From positions 167,152,001 through 167,216,000 of the forward strand of contig OZ024741.1 of assembly GCA_964016885.1 (NCBI GenBank): a stretch of DNA of 64,000 nt, read 5' to 3'. Origin of the DNA: Eledone cirrhosa. Taxonomy: Eukaryota. Below the pieces are notes generated by a model that saw only the letters and a program-made list of their open reading frames with translations, was not told where the DNA came from and did no database searches. Below are positions 11,231 to 24,035 of the stretch, one piece after another (within the stretch, counting starts at the first letter, position 1; each line of letters starts with the position of its first letter). The translations under genes and the position numbers were made by a program.

Positions 11231-11427
11231 CTCTACATAATGGGCAGTAATGCTTGGGTGTCAACACTGGCTGGATCCAATCATGATCAGATCAGTCCAT
11301 CAGTAGTGCTGATCTCAGGATAAACTCCACTCTGTAAAGTGATATTGCTGGTATAAATGATGTATGTGGTGACCTTTGGTGAATTTGATGTTGATTTTTT
11401 CATTGGGTATATGCAGGTTCAAGCTGT

Positions 11428-11520
11428 ATACATACATACATACATACATACATACATACATACATACATACATACATACATACATACATACATACATACA
11501 TACATACATACATACATACA
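11428..11520. repeat. (TACA)n microsatellite
   Basis: Perfect tetranucleotide run. Confidence 0.95.
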
Positions 11521-11837
11521 AGCCAAGTGGTGCTAAGAAGATCTTTGTGGGGTGTCTGACGCCAATGACATTTTTCCAGTGGCAATAAAAAGTTAGCTCA
11601 GTTTTTCTGTTGATAGATATCACATGTTGCTACAGTATATGCAACTTCTCATAGAGCCAGAGTCGACAGTTGACCCTTGAACCTATTGTCTTTTAGGCCA
11701 GTATAGTTCCTCTGATAGTTGCTTGGTGATGTGAAAGTAGCTCTGTATATATATATATAATAGAAAAAAACAGGAAGTTTCTATTATATACAATCTGTCT
11801 GTTTGGTACCAACGCCAATATTTCACCATACAACCTA

Positions 11838-11894
<57 letters not shown>

Positions 11895-11947
11895 TAAACA
11901 AATAATGAATAAACAATGAGACAGTTCCTTATATTAAACAAAAAAAG

Positions 11948-12091
11948 TTCATTATTTAACGATCGTTTCTAGGATATATATGTGTTAGAATTGGCATGCA
12001 TATTCAACAGATCTATGTACAAAATTATACAAACTATCAAGATTAAATATACATACCAACACATATATACGCCGTCTTCAGAAATAATGAA
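11948..12091 (-). ncRNA. Type I hammerhead ribozyme in the inverted pseudo-LTR
   Basis: Reverse complement of the 18866-19019 motif, lacking a 10-bp duplication in loop II. Confidence 0.8.
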
Positions 12092-12724
12092 GTATATTTA
12101 TTGATAATAACAACAATTCAAAATTTCAGGTCCGTTTGGGAACAAAATTGACCAATGAAAACACAAAAGGTTAAATACAGTTCGGTGTGTGTATATACAT
12201 GTAAAACCCTTACACATATTTTACAAAAATGTATGCATAATCTGTATACGCATACTAAAAGGATGGATGCAAATACAAAATTTCAAGGTTAATGTCTCTG
12301 TAAGTTTATAATGCACTGATAAGATGCGTGTAGACACACAAATATGAAATAAGTATATAAATATATTTTTTCATACTCACACATATCCGTACAATCACAC
12401 ATACACGCGCGTATATGCATAAATATACACATAACCACGAACATACAAACACACACACACCCCCACTCACATTTATATATGTGGATATAAAATCATAAGC
12501 ACATGGATATTAATTCACTCACATAAACACTGGCACACACATTTAGATCAAGATACAGAAATTAGGTGGGAGGGGGGGGGAGAGGTCAGTATTCAACGGT
12601 CTGGGCCGACTGCTTAATATAGATGTATCTATAAACTAAGAAAATAAAAAATAATAAATAATAAATAAACATTAAAGAGGAAAGAATAGAAAAAGAAAAA
12701 AGAAAAAAGAAATATATCAAGAAA

Positions 12725-12791
<67 letters not shown>

Positions 12792-12857
12792 CACACACAC
12801 ACACACATACATATATATACACATATACAAACACATAACATACATATACACACATCA

Positions 12858-14745
12858 AACTTTAACTCAAATCCTTCTATTAGACTTATATGTCCCTCCA
12901 AATCAGATATTGGAATAATTAGCAAAAAAATTTTAGATAGAGTCATCCCACAAATAAGAAAACACGTTATTTTACCACTCTGGGAAAACACCTCCCAGGT
13001 AATTAACTGGTTTAAAAATATTAGGTGTAAATCTTCTGCTTCATTTCTACAATTTGATATAGATAATTACTATTCTTCTATATCACCTATACTCCTGAAC
13101 AAAGCATTGATATTTGCTAAAAATAGATCTAACTTAACTTTGGATGACATTAATATTATTACACATGCTAGACTAACACTTATTGAATTTCAGAATGAAT
13201 ACTGGACCAGAAACACATATAGTAATCTATTTGATATTACTATGGGTTCAAGCGATTCCGCCCAAATTACTGATCTTGTGGGCCTCTTTCTCCTTTTCAA
13301 CATAAATGCCTCTTTTCCCCACCTCAAAGGTGGTTTATATCGTGATGACTGTCTTCTTCTTTCTAACAACCTTAGCCTTTCAGAAATTGAAAAAAACAAA
13401 AAACATATTAGAACTTTCCTTAAAGACTATTATAATCTTAATATTACTTTTGAAAAAACAAGTAAAGTAGTAAATTTCCTAGATATAACTTTAGATTTAG
13501 CTACGGGTATCTACCAACCTTACCATAAACCTAACCAAAACTTACATTACATACACTCACAATCTAATCACCCTAAATCTATCCTTAAAAACCTTGCATA
13601 TAATATATCACTTAGAATTTCTAACCTTTCTTCTAACCAAGATGTATTTGATAAAAATGCGACCTTCTATAACGAAGCTCTAGATAGAAGTGGCCACAAA
13701 AATAGATTAGAATATATACCTTCTACTAAAAATACTGAAAGCATACAACCTAATATTACCAACAAACACCAAATGAAAAGTACACACCTAAATGCCACCC
13801 ACACTATACCCCAAAATACCAAATCTTCTAATATAAAGTATAGTAACTCTCAAAAAACTACTCATCATACAACTCTAATAAATATTAATAATAAAACTCC
13901 TAATAAAAAGGATAAAACACCTAAATCTACAAATATAACTAAAAATGGTTGTGGTGAGATCATTAACATTAATCCTCCTAGTAAAAATCACGATACAACC
14001 TATAAAAATAATAAAAATAATAAACAACATAGAAACCGTAATAGACGGGTTACTTGGTATAATGCTCCATTTAATTTACAAGTTAAGGATAATATTGCTA
14101 AAAAATTTTTTTATATCCTAGAGAAAAACTTCCCGCCAAACCACAAATACCATCAAATCTTAAATAGGTCTACAGTTAAATTCTCATACTCTACAACAAA
14201 TAACATAAAACAAAATATAAGTGCCTATAATGCATATAAATGTAAGAAAACCATAAGTATACCACCAGTACATCAAATTAACCATAATATCTCCTCAAAT
14301 ACAGAATTAACGAAAGGATGTAACTGTAGAAACAAAGCAAACTGCCCATTAAAAGGGAATTGTCTTGTTAACAACATAGTCTATAAATGTAATGTTAAAA
14401 CTAAAGATTCTATTTGCTCATATATAGGAGCTACCTCTAACAATTTTAAGACAAGGTTTAATACCCACAAGCATAGTTTTTAAAAATGCCGCACTGGCTA
14501 ATACAACATCTCTAGCAGAAAAAATCAATAGTTATAAAAATAAGAATATAGAATATGATTTGACCTGGAGTGTGCTCAAAAGAGCCACCCCTTATCAAAA
14601 TAATAGAAAAGAATGTAGATTATGTTCCCAAGAACTATTTGAAATAATGAAATCTAAGGATATCTTATTAAATAAACGACAGGAATTAATTATATCGTGT
14701 AATCATAAACTAAAAAAAACATTTAAATATTATAAACCTAATTAA
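12858..14745 (+). CDS. Penelope-like RT / GIY-YIG endonuclease polyprotein (N-terminally truncated, one frameshift)
   Basis: Frame open from 12858 (NFNSNPSIRLICPSKSDIG...LQFDIDNYYSSI...FDITMGSSDSAQITDLVG...GLYRDD...FLDITL), CNCRNKANCPLKGNC, IVYKC...YIGAT...FKTRFNTH; +1 shift in T run ~14477-14481 then ...CRLCSQE...LLNKRQE. Confidence 0.92.
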
Positions 14746-15199
14746 TAACATTATTTTAGAAATTAATTTAATTTAAATATTAGTTAACCTATAAATTTAA
14801 TTTAATTAAAATTTTATTACAGATGAGAATATAAAATATTATGTAATCATAAATTGTGAAAAACCTTTAAATATTACTAATATATACTTAGTAATTTAAT
14901 TTATAGATTAATTTTAATTTATTTAAACCTTTTATTATAAATTTTTTTACAGATAAAATATAACAAAATAATATCGTGTATCCAATGACAGAGAAATAAT
15001 TTTTAGTATTATAGACCTAATTAATATACATTTTAGAAATATATTTATAATTTGGTTTTAATTTTAATCAACCTAAAAATTTAATTTAATTTGCTTAAAA
15101 TTAGTATCCTTATACAGACGAATTGCAGAATGTCATGTAATCATAGAATGGGATGTGTTTTGGATATATACCTAGTTAATATATTCTATGCAATTTTTT

Positions 15200-16119
15200 G
15201 AAAAAAATATGTATATGTATATGTGTATGTGTGTGTGTATGTATATGTTATATATGTATATGTATATGTGTATATATATGTATATATGTATGTGTATGTT
15301 ATATGTATATGTATATGTATTAATTTTGATTTCTATTTGCATATAATTATATTCTGCTATTGATAAAATACAATATCTGTTTTATTTATTATATACCTAA
15401 TTAACATATACTATAGAATTAAATATATAATTTTTAATTTAGTTAACCTATATTTTATATTCTACTACCGATGTAATACTTTATTTGTTTTTTCCCTATT
15501 ACTAAATTCATTTCCTAATATTGATACCATAACGTTATTAACTTTAATTTAGTTATACTATAATTAATACTCTACTACTATTTAACTTCAAAATTCTGCC
15601 TCAAATATTATAAACCTAACTAATTTACACCTTAGAAATCAATATGTTAACTATCTTTAGTTTAGTTAACATATAATTAATGGTATACTTGTTTATTTTG
15701 AAATGCATAAATTTTGCCTTATTTCTTGTTTATTGTATTTCCTAACACTGAAACTATGTAAAAACATACATTTGATCAGGATATGGATAATATTCTATGT
15801 TTCTTGAAACATATATTTACTATAATCCCCTTCTCCAACCCCCCCTTTCCCCCATACTATTATCATCTGTGTTTGTAAGCGTGTATATATGAATATATAT
15901 GTAGGTAGGTGTGTATATATGTTTGGGTATTTATATCTGAATATAAAAATACATATATGCGCATGCAAATATGAATGTAAGATTGTATGTGTATATATGT
16001 GTGTGTGTATGTATGTATATATGTGTATATATGAATGTATATATGTGTGTGTATGTGTATGTGTGTATGAGTATGTATGTATGTGTATATATATGTGTGT
16101 GTATATATGTATATATATG

Positions 16120-16158
<39 letters not shown>

Positions 16159-16443
16159 GTGTGTGTATGTATGTATGTGTATGTGTGGTTGTATATATAT
16201 GTATGTCTCTCTATTTATATGTCTATCCTCGTATCTATGTGGATATATGTGTGTGGATATATGTGTGTGTGTGCATGTATACACATATATGTGTTTATGT
16301 GTATATGTGTGTATGTGTATATATGTGTATGTGCACACACATATATATGTGAGTGTGTATATGTGTCTGTGTATATGTATGTGTGTGTATATATATATAT
16401 GAGTGTCTATGTGTGTATATATGTCTATATTCGTATGTGTATA

Positions 16444-16482
<39 letters not shown>

Positions 16483-16878
16483 ATATGTATGTGTATGTAT
16501 ATATATATATATATATATTATTTATTATTATAATATAACTTATGTGTATGTGTGTATATGTGAGGGTGTGTATATGTATATAATTGTTTCTACTATTGGC
16601 ACAAGGCCAGAAATTACCCAGTACATTACTGGTACTTTATTTTATCGACCCCGTAAGGATGAAAGGCAAAGTTAACCTCGGCGGGATTTGAACTCAGAAT
16701 AGCAAGGGATAATATGTGTATATATATGTGTAAAAAAATATATATGTGCATGTCTGTTTTTTATGTGTGTGTGTATATATATATATATATGTGTGTATAT
16801 ATATGTATATGTGGGTGTTTGTATGTGTATTTATGGTGGTATGTGCGTGTGGGTATGTGTATATATATGTATATGAAT

Positions 16879-16930
<52 letters not shown>

Positions 16931-17275
16931 ATATATATATCTCTATTAATGCGTGTATATATGTATATGCATATGCCTTTTTATTTTTATTTGTATGTCT
17001 GAGTTGGGTGAAGTTGTAGTGGTGTTTCTATGTATATACGCATATATGGATGCGTATGTATTTGTATATATGAGTATATGTAAGTGCATATGTATGTATG
17101 ATTATATATCTAATTCTATGTATGAATATATATGTGTGTATGTAAGCTATGTGTGTATGTATGTATATGTCTATGTGTGTATATATATATGTATGTATGT
17201 GTGTGTGTATGTATCTATATATGTGTATGTATGTACATGTATGTCTATGTATGTGTGTATGTATGAGTATGTATG

Positions 17276-17336
<61 letters not shown>

Positions 17337-17557
17337 CTTTATTATTTATTTTTTATATATATGTGAGTGTGTGTATGTGTGTGTGTGTGTGTGTGTATAT
17401 ATATCTTTATATATGTGTATGTGTATGTTCGTGTAGGTGTATGTGTGTGTATGACTTTATATGTATGTGTGTATGTGTGTATGCGTATATATTTCTATGT
17501 GTGTGTACATGTATGTATGTGTATGTATGTGTAGGTGTGTGTATGTGTATATGTATG

Positions 17558-17604
<47 letters not shown>

Positions 17605-17613
17605 ATATATATA

Positions 17614-17644
<31 letters not shown>

Positions 17645-17966
17645 CTATATGTTTTTCTATTTGTATATGTATGTGTGTATAGGTATATACCTTTCTCTTT
17701 GTATGTCTAAGTTGTGTGATAGTGTAATGGTGTTTGTATGTATATACCGATATATAGATGCGTAAGTATTTGTCTGTATGTATGTATGTATGTCTGTATA
17801 TATTTGTGTGTATATATAGCTATGTATGTGTATATCTGTATGTATATAAGTATGTAAGTGTTGTATATGTGCGTGTATGTGTGTGTATATATATGTGTGT
17901 CTATATAGTATGTGTGATTATATGTATATGTATGTGTGTATGTATATATATATACATATGTATATG

Positions 17967-18003
<37 letters not shown>

Positions 18004-18150
18004 ATTTATATGTATATGTGTATATGTATGTATGTGTGTATATGTATATGTTTATATATGTGTGTGTATGTATGTTCTTAGTGTGGATGTGTGTATATGT
18101 ATGTTATGTGTTTGTATATGTGTATATATATGTATGTGTGTGTGTGTGTG

Positions 18151-18213
<63 letters not shown>

Positions 18214-18235
18214 ATATATATATATATATATATTT
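15200..18235. repeat. Complex (TA)/(TG)/(TATG) microsatellite region inside the element 3' UTR
   Basis: Direct inspection; interrupted by an AT-rich segment and a SINE at 16580-16708. Confidence 0.9.
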
Positions 18236-18865
18236 TCTTGATATATTTCTTTTTTCTTTTTTCTTTTTCTATTCTTTCCTCTTTAATGTTTATTTATTAT
18301 TTATTATTTTTTATTTTCTTAGTTTATAGATACATCTATATTAAGCAGTCGGCCCAGACCGTTGAATACTGACCTCCCCCCCCCCTCCCACCTAATTTCT
18401 GTATCTTGATCTAAATGTGTGTGCCAGTGTTTATGTGAGTGAATTAATATCCATGTGCTTATGATTTTATATCCACATATATAAATGTGAGTGGGGGTGT
18501 GTGTGTGTTTGTATGTTCGTGGTTATGTGTATATTTATGCATATACGCGCGTGTATGTGTGATTGTACGGATATGTGTGAGTATGAAAAAATATATTTAT
18601 ATACTTATTTCATATTTGTGTGTCTACACGCATCTTATCAGTGCATTATAAACTTACAGAGACATTAACCTTGAAATTTTGTATTTGCATCCATCCTTTT
18701 AGTATGCGTATACAGATTATGCATACATTTTTGTAAAATATGTGTAAGGGTTTTACATGTATATACACACACCGAACTGCATTTAACCTTTTGTATTTTC
18801 ATTGGTCAATTTTGTTCCCAAACGGACCTGAAATTTTGAATTGTTGTTATTATCAATAAATATAC

Positions 18866-19019
18866 TTCATTATTTCTGAAGACGGCGTATATATGTGTTG
18901 GTATGTATATTTAATCTTGATAGTTTGTATAATTTTGTATAATTTTGTACATAGATCTGTTGAATATGCATGCCAATTCTAACACATATATATCCTAGAA
19001 ACGATCGTTAAATAATGAA
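18866..19019 (+). ncRNA. Type I hammerhead ribozyme in the 3' pseudo-LTR
   Basis: TTCATTATTT-CTGAAGA-[stem II 18883-18901/18979-18997, 17 of 19 pairs, 77-nt loop]-GAAA-C-GATC-G-T-T-AAATAATGAA; 10-bp stem I; predicted cut after 19009 (GUU). Confidence 0.82.
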
Positions 19020-19212
19020 CTTTTTTTGTTTAATATAAGGAACTGTCTCATTGTTTATTCATTATTTGTTTAATATTTTATCTTGACTCTGTATACCGTT
19101 TATCTTTCACCGAAAGTGATTTTTCATTACATCTCTTCTTTCCATGATATCCGGAATACATTGAGTTCTTCATACGGATTGGACACTACCGTAAACTCTT
19201 GGTAGATTTATC

Positions 19213-19247
<35 letters not shown>

Positions 19248-19498
19248 TTAATATAGATGAGATTCTACAGGACTAGAACTGTTTCACTCGTATAGTACTA
19301 TCTGGCAGGTTTTCTACGGCTGGATGGGACAACTCCTGTCTAACCCATGCTAGCATGGAAGATAGACGTTAAACGATGATGATGATGATGATGATTATGT
19401 ATATATATGTGTGTGTGTGTGTGTGTAGATTCCAATGTTGTGATGGTGCATTTATCATGATGGTGATGGTAAATATCTTAAGACAGACAGACAGACAG

Positions 19499-19543
<45 letters not shown>

Positions 19544-19624
19544 TCCCCCCAAAAATGTATGCACATATATATTAGAATGCTGTTGAAGTGTGTATACATT
19601 TTGGGGAGACATCCTGTATACACA

Positions 19625-19656
<32 letters not shown>

Positions 19657-20480
19657 TGAACTTGAAAAGAAATTGTTGATTGTAAAATATACATATAAAA
19701 TGCTAAAGATTAAAGTATTTTTTTTAAAAGAAAGAGGCACCAAAAAATGAATAATTCAAAAAGCAGTTGGTCTCATCTTGGCAATGGTCTAAAACTGTTA
19801 ATCCTCCTTTCTCTCTCTCATAGACACATACACAGACACACACTCAGAAAGACAGAAATGGATGCCTACACATTGACACACAGATTGAAAAGCAAACAGT
19901 AATGCACACAGATAAAACACACACATGCAGAGAAAGCCAGGCACTAAGCCACACAGATAAATGTTATAAGAACAACAATAACTGTTAGAAGACATGAAAA
20001 TCCAGTTGAGTGGCTAACAGTTGCTGAGCTACCAACTGTTTTCTTTAGTTGGGATCTAGTTCTGTCTTCTGTGCCTTAAGATATTTACCATAACCATCTT
20101 GATAAACACACCACCATCATCACAAACATTACCACAGCTGCAATCACCATCACCATTACTGCCACCACCACGACCATCACCACTACCATTATGTTCAGGT
20201 CAGAATTTGGAACTGAGACAGATATTTACACTATGAAAATTAACAAATGGATATAGGTTATTTCAATTAGTCATAAGTTAGAAGAGATTATGCATTAAAG
20301 TCAGCTTAAACCAGTGTTTCTTGGAGACTGAGGTCACATTCCTACCCCCAATGGTTCTCAGAGACCCAAGTCATATTCCTCCTCTTGCAATCCTGATTTC
20401 CTCATATTCAATTGTCATCTAGTAATTTTTACCTAGAGCACCATATTAACAGAAGCAAATTTTTCAAATTTCAATAATTC

Positions 20481-20814
20481 ATCATCATCATCATTTCATT
20501 TTACGTCCACTTTTTCCCTGCTTGCAAGGGAACTGATTCTGGCTTGATTTTTACAGCTGGATGCCCTTCCTAACACCAACCTCATTTACAGTGAGTGCTG
20601 GGAGCTTTTTTGCCGTGGCACCTCCACGACCACTTTGCAGTGGGATGATAGGGACGCCAGTTCCTATCATCTCATTTCTACAGCTGAGTAAACTGGAGCA
20701 ATGTGAAATAAAGTGTCTTGCTCAAGGAAACAACACATCACCCAGTCTGAGAATTGAACTCACAACCTTTTGATTGCAAGGCCAATGCTCTAACCACTAA
20801 GCCATGTGCCTCCA
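20481..20814 (-). mobile_element. tRNA-derived SINE with CORE-like domain and RTE-type tail
   Basis: Head GGAGGCACATGGCTTAGTGGTTAGAGCATTGG..GTGAGTTCAATTCTC, CCTTGAGCAAGACACTT, tail TTAGGAAGGGCATCCAGCTGTA...GGACGTAAAA(TGA)n; copies 22795-23225-, 26965-27305+, 39283-39650+, 40352-40745+ (internal ~42-bp duplication), 45990-46300-, 41810-41900- (partial). Confidence 0.9.
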
Positions 20815-20912
20815 TAATTCATTCCAAACAGGATTAAATCTGAAGCAGCAGTTATTTTGTGAACCGTGAATTTGTGATATGCCTTATAGTTGTATATATA
20901 TATTACAGAATT

Positions 20913-20996
20913 ATAATTGTTTTATCTGATGAACGGGCTAGATGTTTCTGTAAGAATTGTCTAGTTTCTTGAAACCTTTGGTAATGGAATAATTAT
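20913..20996 (+). ncRNA. Type I hammerhead ribozyme (family D element ~20900-21085)
   Basis: ATAATTGTTTTAT-CTGATGA-[stem II]-GAAACC-TTT-GGT-A-ATGGAATAATTAT; 13-bp stem I with G-U pairs, GUA triplet. Confidence 0.85.
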
Positions 20997-21117
20997 ATTG
21001 TGTTGTTTATTACATAATTAAATAGCTCTGTATTATACATAGAGCACTCTCCTTTCCTTTACCTTTTCTACAAATACTTGACATACACATACACATACAC
21101 ACATATATATATATACC

Positions 21118-21460
21118 ATCATCATCATCATCACCATTTAACATCCATTTTTCCATTTTAGCATGGGCTAGACAAGCTGTCTCGTTGTGAGAAATGCCAG
21201 GTCAGGTGACCATGTGTTGCTCATACAGAACTGATTCTGGCTTGGTTTCTACTGCTGGATGCCCTTCATGTCAACCACATTTACAGTGTGAACTAGGTGC
21301 TTTTTGTCCTGACACCTACACGACCACTTTGCAGTGTGGGCTGGGTGCTTTTTATCCTGACACCTACATAACCTCTTTACAGTGTAGGCTGGGTGCTTTT
21401 TGTTGTGTCGCCATCATGACTACCTTACAGTGTGACTGGACGCTTTTTCTCATGTAACCA
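21118..21460 (-). mobile_element. RTE/SINE 3'-tail fragment with ~40-bp tandem units
   Basis: (CAT)n, CTGGATGCCCTTC, repeated TTTACAGTGTGGGCTGGGTGCTTTTT..GACACCTACA; similar tail-only pieces at 42985-43345+, 45545-45950+, 48040-48260-, 48980-49370-, 51655-51810-, 52655-52783+. Confidence 0.8.
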
Positions 21461-21609
21461 AGACTATACATTATTCTTTCCCAGTTTGGATTCCCCTCCT
21501 CCCACCAATTTCCCTCTTGGGGGCTAAGTGCTTCCTTTTGAAAACCACTGGGTTAATCAAAGAATGAGGTAAATAAATATAGGAAAACAACCAACAATTT
21601 ATTTTTGTG

Positions 21610-22040
21610 TTTGTGCTTGAAGAAACAAATGTGGCTTTGGTGTTATTTTGTGATGTGCGGTGTTGTGGTGTGTGGTGTGTTGTATTGTCTTATGATGTGT
21701 TGTGTTGTGATCATGGTGTTGTGTTGTAATGCATTGTGTTGTATTGTATTGTGTTATGTTGTGTAGTGTTGTGATGTGTGTTGTGGTGTTTTGTCATGTT
21801 GTTTTGTTGTGTTGTGACATATGTTGTGCTGTGTGATGTGTAGTATTGTGTTGTGATGTGTTGCATTTTCATTTTGAATAAGAGGTGGCTGTGGTGTTAT
21901 GTTGTGATGTGTAGTGTAGTGTTGTGATGTGATGTTGTGTTATGTTGTGATGTGTGTTGTTGCAATGTATGTATGCTGTGTAGCTTCTTGCTTTGAATAA
22001 ACAGAAGTGGCTTTAATGTTATGTTGTGATGTATGGTGTT
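21610..22040. repeat. Degenerate (TGTTG/TGTGA)n pentamer repeat with recurring spacer
   Basis: Pentamer runs interrupted three times by TTGAA(T)AA..GTGGCT.T.GTGTTAT (~21617, 21874, 21993). Confidence 0.75.
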
Positions 22041-22489
22041 TTATTTGGTACTTCAGACATTCCTAATCTTTTAACTTATTTTAAGATCTTTATCACAACC
22101 GCGTGATTTAAGGTTGTCTCACTGTGCAACACTTTGGGAAAGTATACTTTTACTATAGCTTTGAGGTGACCAATGCAGGTTTAGCAGGTTGCATCTCATA
22201 TAAGGTTTTTCAGATGTTTTAATGATAAGAGCCGCAAGCCTGTCATGAATAGCAACATAATATGCAGCATCTTGCTCAAGAAAACAACATGTTGCCAGTT
22301 CCAGAGATTGAACCCATGATCATGAGTCCAACACCTAACCTCTAGGACATGCCTTCATGACCAAATGCTTGCACACAGCCTAGCAGTTCTGTTCATTTTT
22401 TCCCATCTTTAAGAACATTTTATATGCATTGTGGCAGCTTCCTTCCCCAAAAAGCAAACATATTTTCAAATATATACATATATCATCAT

Positions 22490-22690
22490 TCATCATCATC
22501 ATTTTACGTCCGCTTTTCCCTGCTTGCAAGGGTGGGAGTGTCTTATTCAGCACAACATCTCTCCACTCGTCACGGTCCCTCGTCATCTCCACCATGAGCT
22601 TCAATGATCTGAGGTCTGTTCTCACCACCTCCGCCCATGTTTTTCGTGGTCTACCTCTACCACGTCTTCCTTCAAAGAGTTGGGACCCAG
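22490..22690 (-). mobile_element. RTE LINE extreme 3' fragment
   Basis: GRRGRGRPRKTWAEVVRTDL...RDRDEWR followed by CAAGCAGGGAAAAGCGGACGTAAAA(TGA)n. Confidence 0.85.
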
Positions 22691-23848
22691 ACAGCTCAGC
22701 TCTTGCCATTTCAACAGCTAGTTCCAGACTAGTTCCACTGCCAAGTAATAGTCTAACCAGTTTCAAACTGAATCCATCCTGATATATATATATATCATCA
22801 TCATCATCATCACTGGTTTACGTCCGTTCTTCCACGCTAGCATGGGTTAGACGGGTTGTCCTGTTGTGGGAAGTGTCCAGTCGGCTGACCTTGTCTTGCT
22901 CATACAGGAACTGATTCTGGTTTGATTTCTACAGCTGGATGCCCTTCCTAACACCAATCTCATTTACAGTGAGTGCTGGGTGCTTTTTTTTTCCGTGGCG
23001 CCTACATGACCACTTTACAGTGTGGGCTGGGTACTTTTTTTTGCCGTGGCACCTCCACGACCACTTTGCAGTGGAATGATAGGGACCCCCAGTCCTATCA
23101 TCTCATTTCTACAGCTGAGTAAACTGGAGCAATGTGAAATAAAGTGTCTTGCTCAAGGAAACAACACATCACCTGGTCCGAGAATTGAACTCACAACCTT
23201 TCGATTGCAAGCCATGCGCCTTCATATATACATACATACATAGACATCCATATGCACACAGATATCCATACATATATTGTCATGGTTTGCACCCTTCTGA
23301 ACCCTCTTTGGGGTCTCAGGATACGCAATCTTTGTGCGTCCATCCCATGCCTCCCAGGAAAGGTCATAGGACCATCGCCAGTTTTTGCAGCATGAAATGG
23401 AGACTACAATATGTTTTTCAAACAAACCCCACTACCTAAGGCCAGAACATGTTCCTTGTTAACCTGCATGAAGGACGATGTGATATGGTTCTTTTTCATA
23501 CTTCTCACGATATGCAGTTTTGGTGGTCTTATTCGTACCTGTCCCCCAATCTGGTACTTTCTCAAACCCGTGAAGACTAGGATTTTTTAGAGGCAGCATT
23601 TACTCACATCGTCATTGCTACATCACTGGGTTATTGCTACATCACTAAGTATTCTTAGGAGTTACAAGTGTCACCAATTGCTCCATCTCCCCTAGTAGTT
23701 TACCGCTGTTCGTCTGGGGTTGCTTATTCATCCGGCAGCTGCCCTCTTGCGTTGCAACTAACCATCATATCTTGTGGCTGTATCGCTGTCCACTACCTGC
23801 AACATGTTCGCATATATAACATAAACACACACAAGTATAGCTATTCAC

Positions 23849-23877
<29 letters not shown>

Positions 23878-23881
<4 letters not shown>

Positions 23882-24035
23882 GAAGGAAATGTGGTAAGGA
23901 ACCAGGTGGACCATAACGCACCAAAGTACTCAATACTTAGGGTAGTAGAGTGGGTAATAGGAACGAGTAGGACCCCCGACGGAATTAGCTGTCGAAACGG
24001 CTTGAGCTCAGCCGTCGGGGTCCTACTCGTTCCTA
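23878..24035. mobile_element. Short fold-back Penelope-type element (family C) with hammerhead 3' half
   Basis: Arms 23957-23982 / 24012-24036; GAAAC-GGC..GCC-GTC-GGGGTCC; relatives at 42076-42274 and 48802-48980; (TA)n flanks. Confidence 0.75.

Larger units (their letters stand above)
11886..19216 (+). mobile_element. Penelope-like retroelement (Naiad-type), 5'-truncated, with inverted 5' pseudo-LTR
   Basis: RT + GIY-YIG ORF; 11886-12856 is the reverse complement of 18086-19081; extra 3' tail 19082-19216; (TA)n on both flanks. Confidence 0.92.

Noticed and set aside
15889-18372. Many long Y/I/C/V/M-rich ORFs
   Set aside because: Translations of TA/TG microsatellites that lack stop codons
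20105-20190. (CAC/CAT)n tracts here and at ~60050-60180 as Thr/His-rich exons
   Set aside because: Simple repeats without flanking splice signals
21260-21450. ~40-bp repeated units suggestive of a CRISPR array
   Set aside because: Tandem units without unique spacers, part of the RTE/SINE tail in eukaryotic DNA, no cas genes
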